Positions 10,549-20,173 of a stretch of 64,000 nucleotides of DNA are shown here, piece by piece; position 1 is the stretch's first letter; each line of letters opens with the position of its first letter. The translations under genes were made by a program, and so were the position numbers. The notes below the pieces were generated by a model. It was not told the origin of the DNA. It saw only the letters and a program-made list of their open reading frames with translations, and made no database searches. Source of the DNA: a bacterium (GTDB lineage: Bacteria; Myxococcota_A; UBA9160; SZUA-336); assembly GCA_041498295.1 (NCBI GenBank), contig JBGQIB010000002.1, positions 1,101 to 65,100 of the forward strand, read 5' to 3'.

Positions 10549-11481
10549 TTAGCCGCGGCCCTGTCGCGCGAGCGCCGGCTGAAACACGCCCGCTTCGGGC
10601 TGGAGCTCGCGCTCGCTGCCCGGCGTCTCGAGCGTCCAGCAGCTCGGATTCGCGCGGATCTCGGCGACGAGTGCCTGGTGCAACTGATGTCCGCCGCGCA
10701 CGGCCTTCACGTGGCCCTGGAGCGGAACACCGAGCAGCGCGAGGTCGCCGAGCAGGTCGAGCAGCTTGTGGCGCGCGAACTCGTCGCGGAAGCGCAGGCC
10801 TTCCGGATTCAGTACGCGCGTCTCGTCGAGCACGATCGCGTTCGCGAGTGAGCCGCCGCGCGCCAGGCCGATCGCGCGCAGGCGCTGTGTGTCCTTGAGG
10901 AAGCCGAAGGTGCGCGCCGGTGCGATCTCACGCGCAAACACTTCCGGAGAGAGCGCCAATCCATCGATCGTCTGCCGACCGATCGCCGGGTGCGGATAGT
11001 TGATCTCGACCGAGAGCTTCAGCTCGCGCGACGGCACGACGCGCACGTAGCGATTGCCGTCGCGGACTTCGATCGGGCGGCGGATGACGATGCGGCGGCG
11101 CATGCGCGCCTGCGCACGGATTCCGGCCTGCTGAATCAGATAGACGAACGAGGCGGCGCTGCCGTCCATGATCGGCAGCTCGGGGCCCGAGACACCGACC
11201 GTGCAGTTGTCGATGCCCATGCCGCGCAGCGCTGAGACCAGGTGCTCGATCGTCGACAGCCGCGAGTCCTCGTTCCCCAAGGTGGTGGCGAGGGTCGTGT
11301 CGGTCACCCACTCCGCACGCGCCGGGAAGCGGACCGGTTGCTCGCCGTCGTTGCGAACGAACAAGATCCCCGTGCCGGCGGCGGCGGGCTTCAAGGTCAG
11401 ATCGACGGGCTCGCCGGTATGGAGCCCTATTCCGTTGCACCCGACCGTAGTCGCGATCGTCTGCTCAACGCCTCTCAGCAA
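10549..11481 (-). CDS. lpxC: UDP-3-O-acyl-N-acetylglucosamine deacetylase LpxC
   Basis: Strong LpxC-like translation (IGLHTGEPVDLTLKPA, PIMDGSAASFVYL, ARTFGF, LRFRDEFARHKLLDLLGDL). Alignment to the E. coli LpxC N-terminus suggests the real start is TTG at 11481, preceded by a GGGGGGA SD, rather than the most upstream start at 11553. TAA stop. Confidence 0.85.
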   Translation of the reverse strand: MLRGVEQTIATTVGCNGIGLHTGEPVDLTLKPAAAGTGILFVRNDGEQPVRFPARAEWVTDTTLATTLGNEDSRLSTIEHLVSALRGMGIDNCTVGVSGPELPIMDGSAASFVYLIQQAGIRAQARMRRRIVIRRPIEVRDGNRYVRVVPSRELKLSVEINYPHPAIGRQTIDGLALSPEVFAREIAPARTFGFLKDTQRLRAIGLARGGSLANAIVLDETRVLNPEGLRFRDEFARHKLLDLLGDLALLGVPLQGHVKAVRGGHQLHQALVAEIRANPSCWTLETPGSERELQPEAGVFQPALARQGRG

Positions 11482-11743
11482 GGCATCCCCCCAAGAACTC
11501 GCTGAAGTGCCATTGAACTGTGATCCCCCCCACGGACGCTGCACTACGAGCAACCTGCGTGCCAGCTGCTCGATTCGGAAGGCTGAATCGGAAGAACTGG
11601 CGAAGTTCTGGATTCATCTTGTGATTTGGCGCACATCGGCAGCATACACGCCGTGGGGACGCCACCGCGTGCGGCCGCATGTCCGCTCGGAAGAGTGACG
11701 TTTCGATTACGCCGTGACCAGGCGATCACGAGCGGACGCCTTT

Positions 11744-14380
11744 TCAGGCGGGGGTTCGGCCGCTCTGCCGGTCGAGCTCGTCGAGCAGATCCTTGGCCGA
11801 CTGGAAGCGCTCCGCGGGCGCCTTCTGGAGGCACTGGAGGATGATCTTGGCGAGGCCTTCCGGGATGTCGGCCTTGATGCTGCGCGGATCGGGCGGGGCC
11901 GTGTGAACGTGGTGGTACGGCACGTTGCCCTTCTGAAAAGGCAGCTCGCCGGTCGTCAGCTCGAACAGCGTGACCCCCAGCGAGTAGAGGTCGGTGCGGT
12001 GGTCCACGTCGCGGCCCAGGGTCTGCTCAGGCGACATGTAGAACGGCGTGCCGGAGATCATGGTGGTCGCGTTGCGGACTTCCTCCATCAGCTTCGCAAG
12101 ACCGAAGTCCATGATCTTCACGTGCTTCTCGGTGGTCCACATCGTGTTCGCAGTCTTGACGTCGCGGTGCACGACCTTGCGCCCGTGCGCGTACTGAAGC
12201 GCCGACGCCATCTGGCGGAGGATGTACACCGCCGCGTTCGCCGAGACCGCCCCGCGCTGGCGCAGGATCTCCTTCAAGGTCGTGCCCTCGACGAGCTCCA
12301 TTGCCATGTAGAAGCCGTGCTCGGATTCGCCGGCGTCGTACACCGTCACGATGTTCGGGTGATTGAGCTGCGCGGCGGCCTTGGCCTCGCGCAAGAAGTT
12401 CTTCAGCGCGTTCGGATTCCCGCGCAGCCCTTCGGGGAGGACTTTGTAGGCGACCTCGCGCTCGAGCACGGAGTCGCGCGCGAGGTAGACCACGCCCATT
12501 CCGCCGCGCCCGAGCTCGCGCACGATCTCGTAGCGCTTCTGCACCGCCGGGATCCCCGAAGGCGACGTCTGCGGCGGCGCAGTCTCCTCGAGCTTCTGCT
12601 GCTTCAGGGACGCCTTGCAGCGCTCGAGGCAGGCCGCGACGTCGCTGAAGTGATAGTCGAAGCTGAGGATGCGCTCGTAGATCTCGATCGCGCCCGGCAG
12701 GTCTTCCTTGCGCTCGTGCGCGCGTGCGAGCTGATAGAACGCATCGACGTTCCCGCGAGTCACCGAGTCCGAGCCGGCCGCCTCCTCGAACTTCTTCACC
12801 GAGAGGCTGTGCATGCCTTTTTCCTGGAACATGCGACCCAGGATCGAGCACGCCTCGCCGTAGCGTGAGTCACTCGCCGGAATCAGCTGCAGCAGGCGGA
12901 TCGCCGAGTCGCTCTCGTTCAGCTCCGCGAACAGCTTGCCGGCCTCGAACGGGCTGCCCGCCTTCTCGAGCATCTGCGCTTGCTTGTCCTTCTTGCCGAC
13001 GGCGCCATAGCAGGTCGCGGCGTCGGCGAACTTCTGGCACTGCGCGAAGGCGTCGGCGGCGGGCTCGAGCTGCTCCGCCGCGCGGAACGCTTCGGCCGCC
13101 GCGGGAAAGTCCATGGCGCGCGCGTAGGCTTCGCCGGCCTCGCCGAAGCGCGCGAGCTTCCGGTACAGATCGCCGGAGGTCGCGTGCTCGCCGGCCTTGT
13201 TCAGATACTCGACGGCCTCGGCGTCCTTGCCCTGGTCGCGGAGAAACTCGCCCATCAGCCGCGCGGCGCCGATCTCGTCGCCGAGGCGCTCGAGCGCCTT
13301 CGAGGCAAGATCGCCGCGTTGCACGCGCAGGAACAGCTCCGCGGCGCGTTTGAAGTTGCCCGTCTGATACGCGATTTTCGCCGCGGGCCCGAACGACTCG
13401 GAGCGCACCAGAAGGTTCTCCGCCTCGTCGAAGCGCTCCAGCTTGGCCAGGATCTCGGCGGCCTTTCTGGCGATGCCGCGCATCTCCTTGGCCTTCTGGT
13501 CACTCTTCGCGCCGGCGACCCCGCCTTCCTCGTTGAACGCCTGAGTCAGGCTCTCGGCCGCGGCCGCCTCCGCTCCGCCTTTCAGGTAGGCCTGCGCGGC
13601 GTGTCGGTGGAAGCCGACCTTCGAGTAGCACTTGCCCGCTTCCTTGAAGTTCTCGGCGCGCTCGAACATCTCGCCGGCGATCGAGAACTTTTCGGCCTCG
13701 AGGTAGCACTGACCCGCCTCTTCGTGCTGCCCGATCTGCGCGAAGACCTTCCCGGCCTGCTCGTGCTTGCCGAGCTTCTTGTAGAGCTCGGCTGCCTCGT
13801 CGAAGCGGTTCTGGTCGTGGCGGATTTCGGCGGCGCGATGGAAGAGCTCGGCGCGCATGAAGACGTCCGCGGCCTCGTCCTTCATGTTGTGCCCGGCGAG
13901 AAACTCGCCGGCGGCCTCGGCGCCCTTGTCCGCTTCGATCTGCGCAGCTTGCTTGAGATACTTCTTGCCCTCTTTGTTCGAGGGCCCGGCCAGCGTTTCT
14001 TCTCGCTCCGCGTGCGCGGACTTCTTCGCGTGAGCGGCGGCTTCAGCCTTGGCGGGCGCTTCCTTGCCGGCCTTTGCAGCGGCCTTCGAGCGAGCCGGCT
14101 TGCGGCGACGTCCGCGCGGCAGGATCGAGTAGATCAGCAACAGCGCGCCGCCCCCGGCCAGGCCGATGTGCACGGGGCGCGCGCGCAGTGACTCGATCTG
14201 ACCCGCGAGCACGTCGCCGAGCACGCCGACCGCCCCGCCCTTCGACGCCTGCAAGCGCAGCTGCGCTCTCAGCTCGGCCGAAACCTTGTCGCCGCCGCGC
14301 TCGATGAGCGCGCCCGCCACTCCCCCGATGATCAAGGGGATGGCGAGGAGAAACGCGAGTATCCGCAGGCCCGTGCGCAC
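11744..14380 (-). CDS. Ser/Thr protein kinase with N-terminal TM segment, Lys/Ala-rich linker and ~20-aa helical (TPR-like) repeats; kinase domain C-terminal
   Basis: Hanks kinase motifs are present at the C-terminus: GRGGMGVVYLA (G-loop), VAYKVL, HRDVKTAN, MDFGLAK, SGTPFYMSPE. The N-terminus MRTGLRILAFLLAIPLIIGG is a TM helix, followed by a KK/A-rich segment and then periodic FxEAAExYxKxG repeats. GTG start at 14380. Confidence 0.85.
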   Translation of the reverse strand: MRTGLRILAFLLAIPLIIGGVAGALIERGGDKVSAELRAQLRLQASKGGAVGVLGDVLAGQIESLRARPVHIGLAGGGALLLIYSILPRGRRRKPARSKAAAKAGKEAPAKAEAAAHAKKSAHAEREETLAGPSNKEGKKYLKQAAQIEADKGAEAAGEFLAGHNMKDEAADVFMRAELFHRAAEIRHDQNRFDEAAELYKKLGKHEQAGKVFAQIGQHEEAGQCYLEAEKFSIAGEMFERAENFKEAGKCYSKVGFHRHAAQAYLKGGAEAAAAESLTQAFNEEGGVAGAKSDQKAKEMRGIARKAAEILAKLERFDEAENLLVRSESFGPAAKIAYQTGNFKRAAELFLRVQRGDLASKALERLGDEIGAARLMGEFLRDQGKDAEAVEYLNKAGEHATSGDLYRKLARFGEAGEAYARAMDFPAAAEAFRAAEQLEPAADAFAQCQKFADAATCYGAVGKKDKQAQMLEKAGSPFEAGKLFAELNESDSAIRLLQLIPASDSRYGEACSILGRMFQEKGMHSLSVKKFEEAAGSDSVTRGNVDAFYQLARAHERKEDLPGAIEIYERILSFDYHFSDVAACLERCKASLKQQKLEETAPPQTSPSGIPAVQKRYEIVRELGRGGMGVVYLARDSVLEREVAYKVLPEGLRGNPNALKNFLREAKAAAQLNHPNIVTVYDAGESEHGFYMAMELVEGTTLKEILRQRGAVSANAAVYILRQMASALQYAHGRKVVHRDVKTANTMWTTEKHVKIMDFGLAKLMEEVRNATTMISGTPFYMSPEQTLGRDVDHRTDLYSLGVTLFELTTGELPFQKGNVPYHHVHTAPPDPRSIKADIPEGLAKIILQCLQKAPAERFQSAKDLLDELDRQSGRTPA

Positions 14381-14475
14381 CCGCTAGAGATCGTCCGGAG
14401 CTCGAGTCTCGTTGAGCGCGCGCGTGCGCAGCCCGACGGCGAGCGCGGCGCGGCTGACGCGCCTGAGCACGCGTG

Positions 14476-15531
14476 TCAGAGCAGCTTGTCTTGTCGGTGA
14501 GAAGCGGCGTGCGACTCTGCGCCCGGCGTCACACCGAAGTGTCGGTATGCGCGCTCTGTCGCCACCCGCCCGCGCGGCGTGCGATCGAGATAGCCCTCCT
14601 GAATCAGAAACGGCTCGTAGATGTCCTCGATCGTGCCGCGGTCCTCGCCGATCGCCGCGGCGAGCGTATCCAAACCGACCGGACCGCCACCGTACTTCTC
14701 GATCAGCGCGCGCAGCAGCTGCCGGTCCATGCGATCGAAGCCCGCCTCGTCGACCTCGAGCCGACCCAGCGCGAAGCGCGCCAGCTCGAGCGTGACCGTG
14801 CGCGAGCCGTCGACCTCGGCGAAGTCGCGCACGCGGCGCAGGAGCCGGTTCGAGATGCGCGGCGTGCCGCGCGAGCGCGTCGCGATCTCCGCCGCGCCGT
14901 CGGGGGCGAGCTCGATGCCGAGAATGCGCGCGCTGCGCGCGAGGATGCGCTCGAGATCGGCCGACGGGTAGTAGTCGAGGCGCGCGATCACGCCGAAGCG
15001 ATCGCGCAGCGGCGACGTGAGTAGACCGGCGCGCGTGGTCGCGCCGATCAGCGTGAAGCGCGGCAGCTCGATCTTCACCGTCTGCGCGCTCGGCCCCTGC
15101 CCGATCACGAGGTCGAGCTTGCCGTCCTCCATCGCGGGATAGAGGATCTCTTCGACGACGGGGCTGAGTCGGTGGATCTCGTCGATGAACAGCACCGCGC
15201 CCGGCTCGAGGTTCGTGAGGATCGCCGCGAGGTCGCCGGCGCGTTCGATCACCGGCCCGGCAGTGACTCGCAGCGGCGCCCCCATCTCGCGCGCCACGAC
15301 GTGCGCGAGCGCCGTCTTGCCGAGGCCGGGGGGGCCGTAGAAGAGCACGTGGTCGAGCGGCTCGCCGCGCTCGCGCGCCGCGCGGATGAACACGCGCAGG
15401 TTCTCGCGCAGCCCGTCCTGCCCGACGAACTCGTCGAGCGAGCCGGGGCGGAGCTTCTCCTCGACGCCCCGGTCGAGGTCGGCCGAGTCTCCGCGCAGCG
15501 CCTCGCCGCGGCGCTCATCCGACTGCGGCAC
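14476..15531 (-). CDS. ruvB: Holliday junction branch migration helicase RuvB
   Basis: AAA+ Walker A GPPGLGKT and sensor motifs; full-length similarity pattern to RuvB ([12 protein letters not shown]...FIDEIHRL...[18 protein letters not shown]). Confidence 0.95.
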   Translation of the reverse strand: MPQSDERRGEALRGDSADLDRGVEEKLRPGSLDEFVGQDGLRENLRVFIRAARERGEPLDHVLFYGPPGLGKTALAHVVAREMGAPLRVTAGPVIERAGDLAAILTNLEPGAVLFIDEIHRLSPVVEEILYPAMEDGKLDLVIGQGPSAQTVKIELPRFTLIGATTRAGLLTSPLRDRFGVIARLDYYPSADLERILARSARILGIELAPDGAAEIATRSRGTPRISNRLLRRVRDFAEVDGSRTVTLELARFALGRLEVDEAGFDRMDRQLLRALIEKYGGGPVGLDTLAAAIGEDRGTIEDIYEPFLIQEGYLDRTPRGRVATERAYRHFGVTPGAESHAASHRQDKLL

Positions 15532-16108
15532 GCAGCGCCTCCTTGATCAGTGACTCGAGCGCCGGCGACTCGGGCAGAGACTCGAGCGCGCGGCGCACCG
15601 CCTTCTCCGCGTGTGCGCGCGGATAGCCGAGGTTCACGAGCGCGCTCTCCGCGGACGCCGACGCGTCGTCGCGCGGCGCGCTCGCGGACTCGGCGGAGAC
15701 CTCGATGGCGCCAACCCGATCGCGCAGCTCGACGACGATCCGCTCGGCCGTCTTCTTGCCGACGCCGGGAATGCCGACGAGCGCCGCGAGATTCCCCGCG
15801 CGCAGCGCCGCGACCAGCTTCTCGACCGGCAGCCCCGACAGGATCGCGAGCGCGAGCTTCGGCCCGACGCCGCTCGCGCCAATCAGGAGCCGAAACAGCG
15901 AGCGCTCGAGCTCCGTGCCGAAGCCGAACAAGTGGAACGCATCCTCGCGCACGTGCGTGTGCACGCGCAGGCGCACCAGCTTCCCCTCGTCGGGCAGCTC
16001 GAAGAACGTCGACAGGGGCACGCGCAGCTCGTAGCCGACGCCGTGCACGTCGAGCACCACCGCATCGGGGTTCTTCTCCGCGAGCACGCCCTCGAGCCGC
16101 GCGATCAT
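15515..16108 (-). CDS. ruvA: Holliday junction DNA helicase subunit RuvA
   Basis: MIARLEGVL...LFGF...[18 protein letters not shown]...[17 protein letters not shown] is a canonical RuvA. The gene overlaps ruvB by 17 nt and is ATGA-coupled to ruvC. Confidence 0.95.
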   Translation of the reverse strand: MIARLEGVLAEKNPDAVVLDVHGVGYELRVPLSTFFELPDEGKLVRLRVHTHVREDAFHLFGFGTELERSLFRLLIGASGVGPKLALAILSGLPVEKLVAALRAGNLAALVGIPGVGKKTAERIVVELRDRVGAIEVSAESASAPRDDASASAESALVNLGYPRAHAEKAVRRALESLPESPALESLIKEALRAAVG

Positions 16109-16662
16109 AGGCGCCGCTCCGCTTCGAGCGCGCGCCGCGTGTGCGCCAGCGCGCGCCGCGAGAGCCCGTGACAGACGGCGACCGCGAGCGCATCCGCTTC
16201 GTCGCTCGCGGGCGCAGCCGCAAGGCCAAGCAGCCGCTGCACCATGCGCATCACCTGCAACTTCTCCGCGCGCCCGTAGCCAGTCACTGCGACCTTCACC
16301 TGCGCCGGCGTGTACTCACCGGTCTCGAGCCCCGCGCATGCGCACGCCGCGAGCGCCACGCCCCGCGCGTGACCGAGCACGAGCGCGGAACGCACGTTCT
16401 TCGCGCTGAACACCGATTCGAGGGCCGCGGCTTCCGGCGCGAGCTCCGCGATCGCGCGCTCGAGCTCGCGCTGCAGATACGCGAGCCGCTCGCCGAGCGT
16501 GTCTCCACGCGCGCGAATCGTGCCACCGCCCAGCCGCCGCAGCGAGCTGCCCTCGACGGACACGACGCCGTAGCCCGTGGCGTTGGAACCCGGATCGATT
16601 CCCAGGATCCGCACCCGACCCCCCGGTCGACTGACGACCGTCGCCGAGTGTACCGCAGACAT
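16105..16662 (-). CDS. ruvC: crossover junction endodeoxyribonuclease RuvC
   Basis: ILGIDPGSNATGYGVV...GHARGVALAACA...AVAVCH resembles RuvC catalytic motifs. The likely start is the internal M (MSAVH..) or GTG just before RILGIDPG; the ORF-track N-terminus is probably over-extended. Confidence 0.85.
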   Translation of the reverse strand: MSAVHSATVVSRPGGRVRILGIDPGSNATGYGVVSVEGSSLRRLGGGTIRARGDTLGERLAYLQRELERAIAELAPEAAALESVFSAKNVRSALVLGHARGVALAACACAGLETGEYTPAQVKVAVTGYGRAEKLQVMRMVQRLLGLAAAPASDEADALAVAVCHGLSRRALAHTRRALEAERRL

Positions 16663-16680
16663 GCGTGCAGGCGAGCTAGC

Positions 16681-16733
16681 GCGCAAGCGGAACGCGAAGC
16701 GTGAAGCGCGCAGTGAGGCGAAGCCGAACGAAG
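16681..16733. repeat. copy 1 of a ~45-bp intergenic repeat family (GCGCAAGCGGAACGCGAAGCGTGAAGCGCGCAGTGAGGCGAAGCCGAACGAAG)
   Basis: 29/30 identical to 27262-27291 (plus strand) and ~40/45 identical to the reverse complement of 21784-21828. Lies in the yebC-ruvC intergenic spacer. Confidence 0.6.
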
Positions 16734-16767
16734 AGCGGGTGGCCGAGCTTCGCTCGGCCGGCCCCCG

Positions 16768-17523
16768 CTACGGGTTAGAGGACATGCTTTGCATGTCCTC
16801 GTCAGACATCTCGAAGTTCGAAAATACTTCTGACACATCCTCGAGCTCGTCGAGCGCTTCGTAAAGCTTCAGCATCTGCTCCGCGTTCTTCCCCGAGAGC
16901 TTGACCGTCGAGCTGGGAACCATCGCGAGCTTCGCGCTCGCGGCGGTGAACAACTTCGCCTCGAGGGCCTCCTTCACCGCGGCAAAGTCCTCGATGGCCG
17001 TCTGGACCGTGAGCGTCTCACTGTCCTCGACGATGTCCTTCGCGTTTGCCTCGATCGCCGCTTCCATGAGCAGGTCGGCGTCGACGCCAGCGCGGTCGAA
17101 CTCGAGCACGCCGAGCCGTTCGAACATGAACGCCACGCAGCCGGTCGCTCCGAGGTTCCCGGCGAAACGGCTGAAGATGTTGCGGACCTCGGCGCCGGTG
17201 CGGTGGCGGTTGTCGGTGGTGGCGTCGACGATCACTGCGGCGCCGCCGGGGCCGTAGCCCTCGTAGCGAACCTCTTCGTAGTTCTCGCCGGCGAGCTCGC
17301 CGGTCCCCTTCTTGATGGCGCGCTCGATGTTGTCGCGCGGCATGTTGACGCTGCGCGCCTTCAGCATCGCGAGGCGCAAGCGCGGATTCGCGTTCGGGTC
17401 CCCGCCGCCGATCCCCGCGGCGATGCTGATCTCGCGGATGACCTGCGTGAAGATCTTGCCGCGCTTGGCGTCAGCGGCGCCTTTCTTCCGCTTGATCGTC
17501 GCCCATTTCGAGTGACCGGACAT
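16768..17523 (-). CDS. yebC: YebC/PmpR family DNA-binding transcriptional regulator
   Basis: MSGHSKWATIKRKKGAADAKRGKIFTQVIREI... is the hallmark YebC N-terminus. The real start is at 17523, not the upstream 17628. TAG stop. First gene of the yebC-ruvCAB cluster. Confidence 0.9.
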   Translation of the reverse strand: MSGHSKWATIKRKKGAADAKRGKIFTQVIREISIAAGIGGGDPNANPRLRLAMLKARSVNMPRDNIERAIKKGTGELAGENYEEVRYEGYGPGGAAVIVDATTDNRHRTGAEVRNIFSRFAGNLGATGCVAFMFERLGVLEFDRAGVDADLLMEAAIEANAKDIVEDSETLTVQTAIEDFAAVKEALEAKLFTAASAKLAMVPSSTVKLSGKNAEQMLKLYEALDELEDVSEVFSNFEMSDEDMQSMSSNP

Positions 17524-17689
17524 TCGCGCGCCTCCTGGGGAATCGGCGAGGGCCTCGGGGATAACACCGTGCCCTGAGCGGGTCAATCGCTTCAGTCGGC
17601 TCGGTGGGCTTGCCGATGAAATGCGCACGGTCGCGTGGGACCGGCGGAGCGCGGGTAGGTGCCCGCGCGATCATGGGTCGGAGACTTGA

Positions 17690-19558
17690 ATGAGCAAGGA
17701 CGTCACGATCGGCATCGATCTCGGCACGAGCAACTCGTGCGTCTGCGCGATGCTCGACGGGAAGCCGACAGTGCTCGGCAACAAGAAGGGCGAACGCGTC
17801 ATCGCGTCCGTCGTCGCCTTCCATGAAGGCGGCAAAATCGAGGTCGGGAACAGCGCCAAGGCGCGCATCATCCTCGACCCCAAGCACACCGTCTCATCCG
17901 CCAAGCGCTTGATCGGCCGCTACTTCTTCAGCGAAGAAGTCCGCAAGGCGCGCGCGGTCTGCAAGTACGAGATCGTGCCCGGCGAGAACCACGGCGTCCG
18001 CATTAAGATCCGCGAAGAGGAGTTCTCGCTGCCCGAGATCTCCGCGTTCGTGCTGAAAGAGATGAAGGCGATCGCGGAAGGCGCGCTGGGTCGCCCCGTC
18101 TCGGGGGCGGTGATCACCGTGCCCGCCTACTTCAACGACAACCAGCGCCAGGCGACGAAGGACGCGGGCCGCATCGCCGGCCTCGAGGTCCTGCGCATCC
18201 TGAACGAGCCGACCGCGGCGGCGCTGTCCTACGGCTACGGCAAGGATCTGCGCCAGAAGGTCGCGATCTACGACCTCGGCGGCGGCACGTTCGACGTCTC
18301 GATCCTCGAGATCGGGAAGGACGTCTTCGAGGTGCTCGCCACCGCCGGCGACACGTATCTGGGCGGCGACGACTTCGACGACCGCGTGATCGACCTGCTC
18401 GCGGACAAGGTCCAGGCCGAGCACGGCGTGAACGTGCGCACCGATCCCTACTCCTACGCGAAGCTGCGTATGGCGGCGGAGGCTGCGAAGATCGAGCTCG
18501 CCGAGCGCGAGGAGTCCCACATCTCGATTCCCGATCTCGCCCAGCACGAGGGGAAGTCGATCGGGGTGCAGTACCGGCTCACGCGCAAGGACTTCGACAA
18601 GCTGATCCGCGACCTCATCCTGCGCACCTTCAAGGTGTGCGACGAAGCGCTGCAGCAGGCGAGCCTGACCACGCGCGACTTGAACGGCGTGATCCTCGTC
18701 GGTGGCCCCACGCGCCTGCCGTCGATTCGGAACGCGGTGCGCGACTACTTCCAGCGCGAGCCCGAGATCGACATCAACCCCGACGAAGTCGTCGCGATGG
18801 GCGCGGCCATCCACGCCGCCTCGCTCGCCGCGCCCGAAGCGGGCAGTTATCTGCTCGACGTCACTCCGCTCACTCTGCGCATGGGCATCGCGGGCGGGCT
18901 CTCCGAGCCGATCATCGAGCGCAACAGTCCGGTGCCGATCGATCACATGCGCGTCTTCACCACCGTGCGCGATCACCAACAGACGATCGCCGTGCGTATC
19001 TACCAGGGCGAGTCACGCCAGGCCGAGGGAAACACGCTGCTCGGCGAATTCGAGTTCTCCGGCTTCGCGCCCGGACCGCGCGGCGAGGTGAAAATCGAGG
19101 TCACGTTCTCGATCAGCACCGAGGGCATCGTGAAGGTGCAGGCACGCGACCCGAAGACCGGCGCCGAGGCCTCGACGACGGTGTCGATGTCGAGCGGTCT
19201 CTCCGAGGATCAAATCCAATCGATCATCGCGAAGGGCCGCACGGGCGACGTGGCGGCCGCCGCGCCGAGACCGAAGCGTGCCGGTATCGACAACGCGCCC
19301 GAACCGCTCGCCGCGCTCGAGGAGGCCGACGACGGCCTGCTCGACCTGCCAGCGCTCGAAGCGGACGTGCAGGAACTGAGCGAGAAGCCCGACGCCGAGC
19401 AGCCACTCTTCGGCCGCGTCGACGGCGACCTCGGCGACGAGCCGCTGGAGCCGACTCGTGACTCGCCCCCACTCGGCGGCACGCGCGTGATCGAGCTCGA
19501 CGAGACCGCGGAGGAAGCGGAGATCGAGGACGACGACCTGGTCCTCGGCGACGACTGA
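17690..19558 (+). CDS. Hsp70 family chaperone (DnaK paralogue) with acidic C-terminal tail
   Basis: IGIDLGTSNSCV, VITVPAYFNDNQRQATKDAG, DLGGGTFDVS, ILVGGPTRLPSIRNAV are Hsp70 ATPase signatures. GGAG SD before ATG 17690. Confidence 0.9.
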   Translation: MSKDVTIGIDLGTSNSCVCAMLDGKPTVLGNKKGERVIASVVAFHEGGKIEVGNSAKARIILDPKHTVSSAKRLIGRYFFSEEVRKARAVCKYEIVPGENHGVRIKIREEEFSLPEISAFVLKEMKAIAEGALGRPVSGAVITVPAYFNDNQRQATKDAGRIAGLEVLRILNEPTAAALSYGYGKDLRQKVAIYDLGGGTFDVSILEIGKDVFEVLATAGDTYLGGDDFDDRVIDLLADKVQAEHGVNVRTDPYSYAKLRMAAEAAKIELAEREESHISIPDLAQHEGKSIGVQYRLTRKDFDKLIRDLILRTFKVCDEALQQASLTTRDLNGVILVGGPTRLPSIRNAVRDYFQREPEIDINPDEVVAMGAAIHAASLAAPEAGSYLLDVTPLTLRMGIAGGLSEPIIERNSPVPIDHMRVFTTVRDHQQTIAVRIYQGESRQAEGNTLLGEFEFSGFAPGPRGEVKIEVTFSISTEGIVKVQARDPKTGAEASTTVSMSSGLSEDQIQSIIAKGRTGDVAAAAPRPKRAGIDNAPEPLAALEEADDGLLDLPALEADVQELSEKPDAEQPLFGRVDGDLGDEPLEPTRDSPPLGGTRVIELDETAEEAEIEDDDLVLGDD

Positions 19559-19573
19559 CCGAGGAGCGCGAGA

Positions 19574-20116
19574 GTGACCGCCTCCGAAACGAATCTCCAG
19601 GAGATCAAAGCGCTCGCGCGCGTGATCGACCGAGTCGACTACTACCGGCTGCTGAAGCTCGAGCAGGGCGCGAACGCCGATGCGCTGCGCAGCGCGTATC
19701 ACGACGCGCGCCGCCGCTTCCATCCCGACGCATACCTCGCTCAGCCCGACGACGTGCGCGACGCGGTCGACGTGATCGCTCGCCGCATCACCGAGGGCTA
19801 CATGGTGCTGCGTGATCGCACGCGCCGCGCGGCGTACGACTCCGCGCTCTCGAGCGGTCAGCTCCGCTACAACCCGGAGCTCGAGCAGGAGAAGCGCACC
19901 GAGGCCGACGCGGCGCGCGGCACCACGCCGAACGGTAAACGCTATTTCACCCTGCACGTCGAAGCCGAGCGCGCGGGAGATCTCGTGAAGGCGCACGCGC
20001 ACCTGAAGACCGCGGTCACGTTCGAGCCGAAGAACGCCGCGCTGCGGGCCAAGCTCGACGCGGTCGAGGCGCAGCTCAAAGAGATCCGGAAGAAGGCGAA
20101 GCCCACGATCGTTTGA
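19574..20116 (+). CDS. J-domain (DnaJ-like) co-chaperone, 180 aa
   Basis: DYYRLLKLEQGANADALRSAYHDARRRFHPDAY is a J-domain with an HPD motif. GTG start 16 nt after the Hsp70 stop, with a GAGGAG SD; likely co-transcribed with the Hsp70 gene. Confidence 0.8.
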   Translation: MTASETNLQEIKALARVIDRVDYYRLLKLEQGANADALRSAYHDARRRFHPDAYLAQPDDVRDAVDVIARRITEGYMVLRDRTRRAAYDSALSSGQLRYNPELEQEKRTEADAARGTTPNGKRYFTLHVEAERAGDLVKAHAHLKTAVTFEPKNAALRAKLDAVEAQLKEIRKKAKPTIV

Positions 20117-20173
20117 CCCGCCCATCGGCGGTGGCGCAGAATCGACGCCGTTTTCCTGTCGTCGAGGTGCGTC

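Noticed and set aside
11482-11743. ~260-bp lower-GC leader upstream of lpxC considered as a possible ncRNA or riboswitch
   Set aside because: No recognisable conserved motif or hairpin series. More simply, it is a promoter/5' UTR, and the N-terminal extension in the ORF track is probably non-coding.
17524-17689. Looked for a CIRCE/HrcA operator (TTAGCACTC-N9-GAGTGCTAA) upstream of the Hsp70 gene
   Set aside because: No match seen by eye in the 166-bp divergent spacer.
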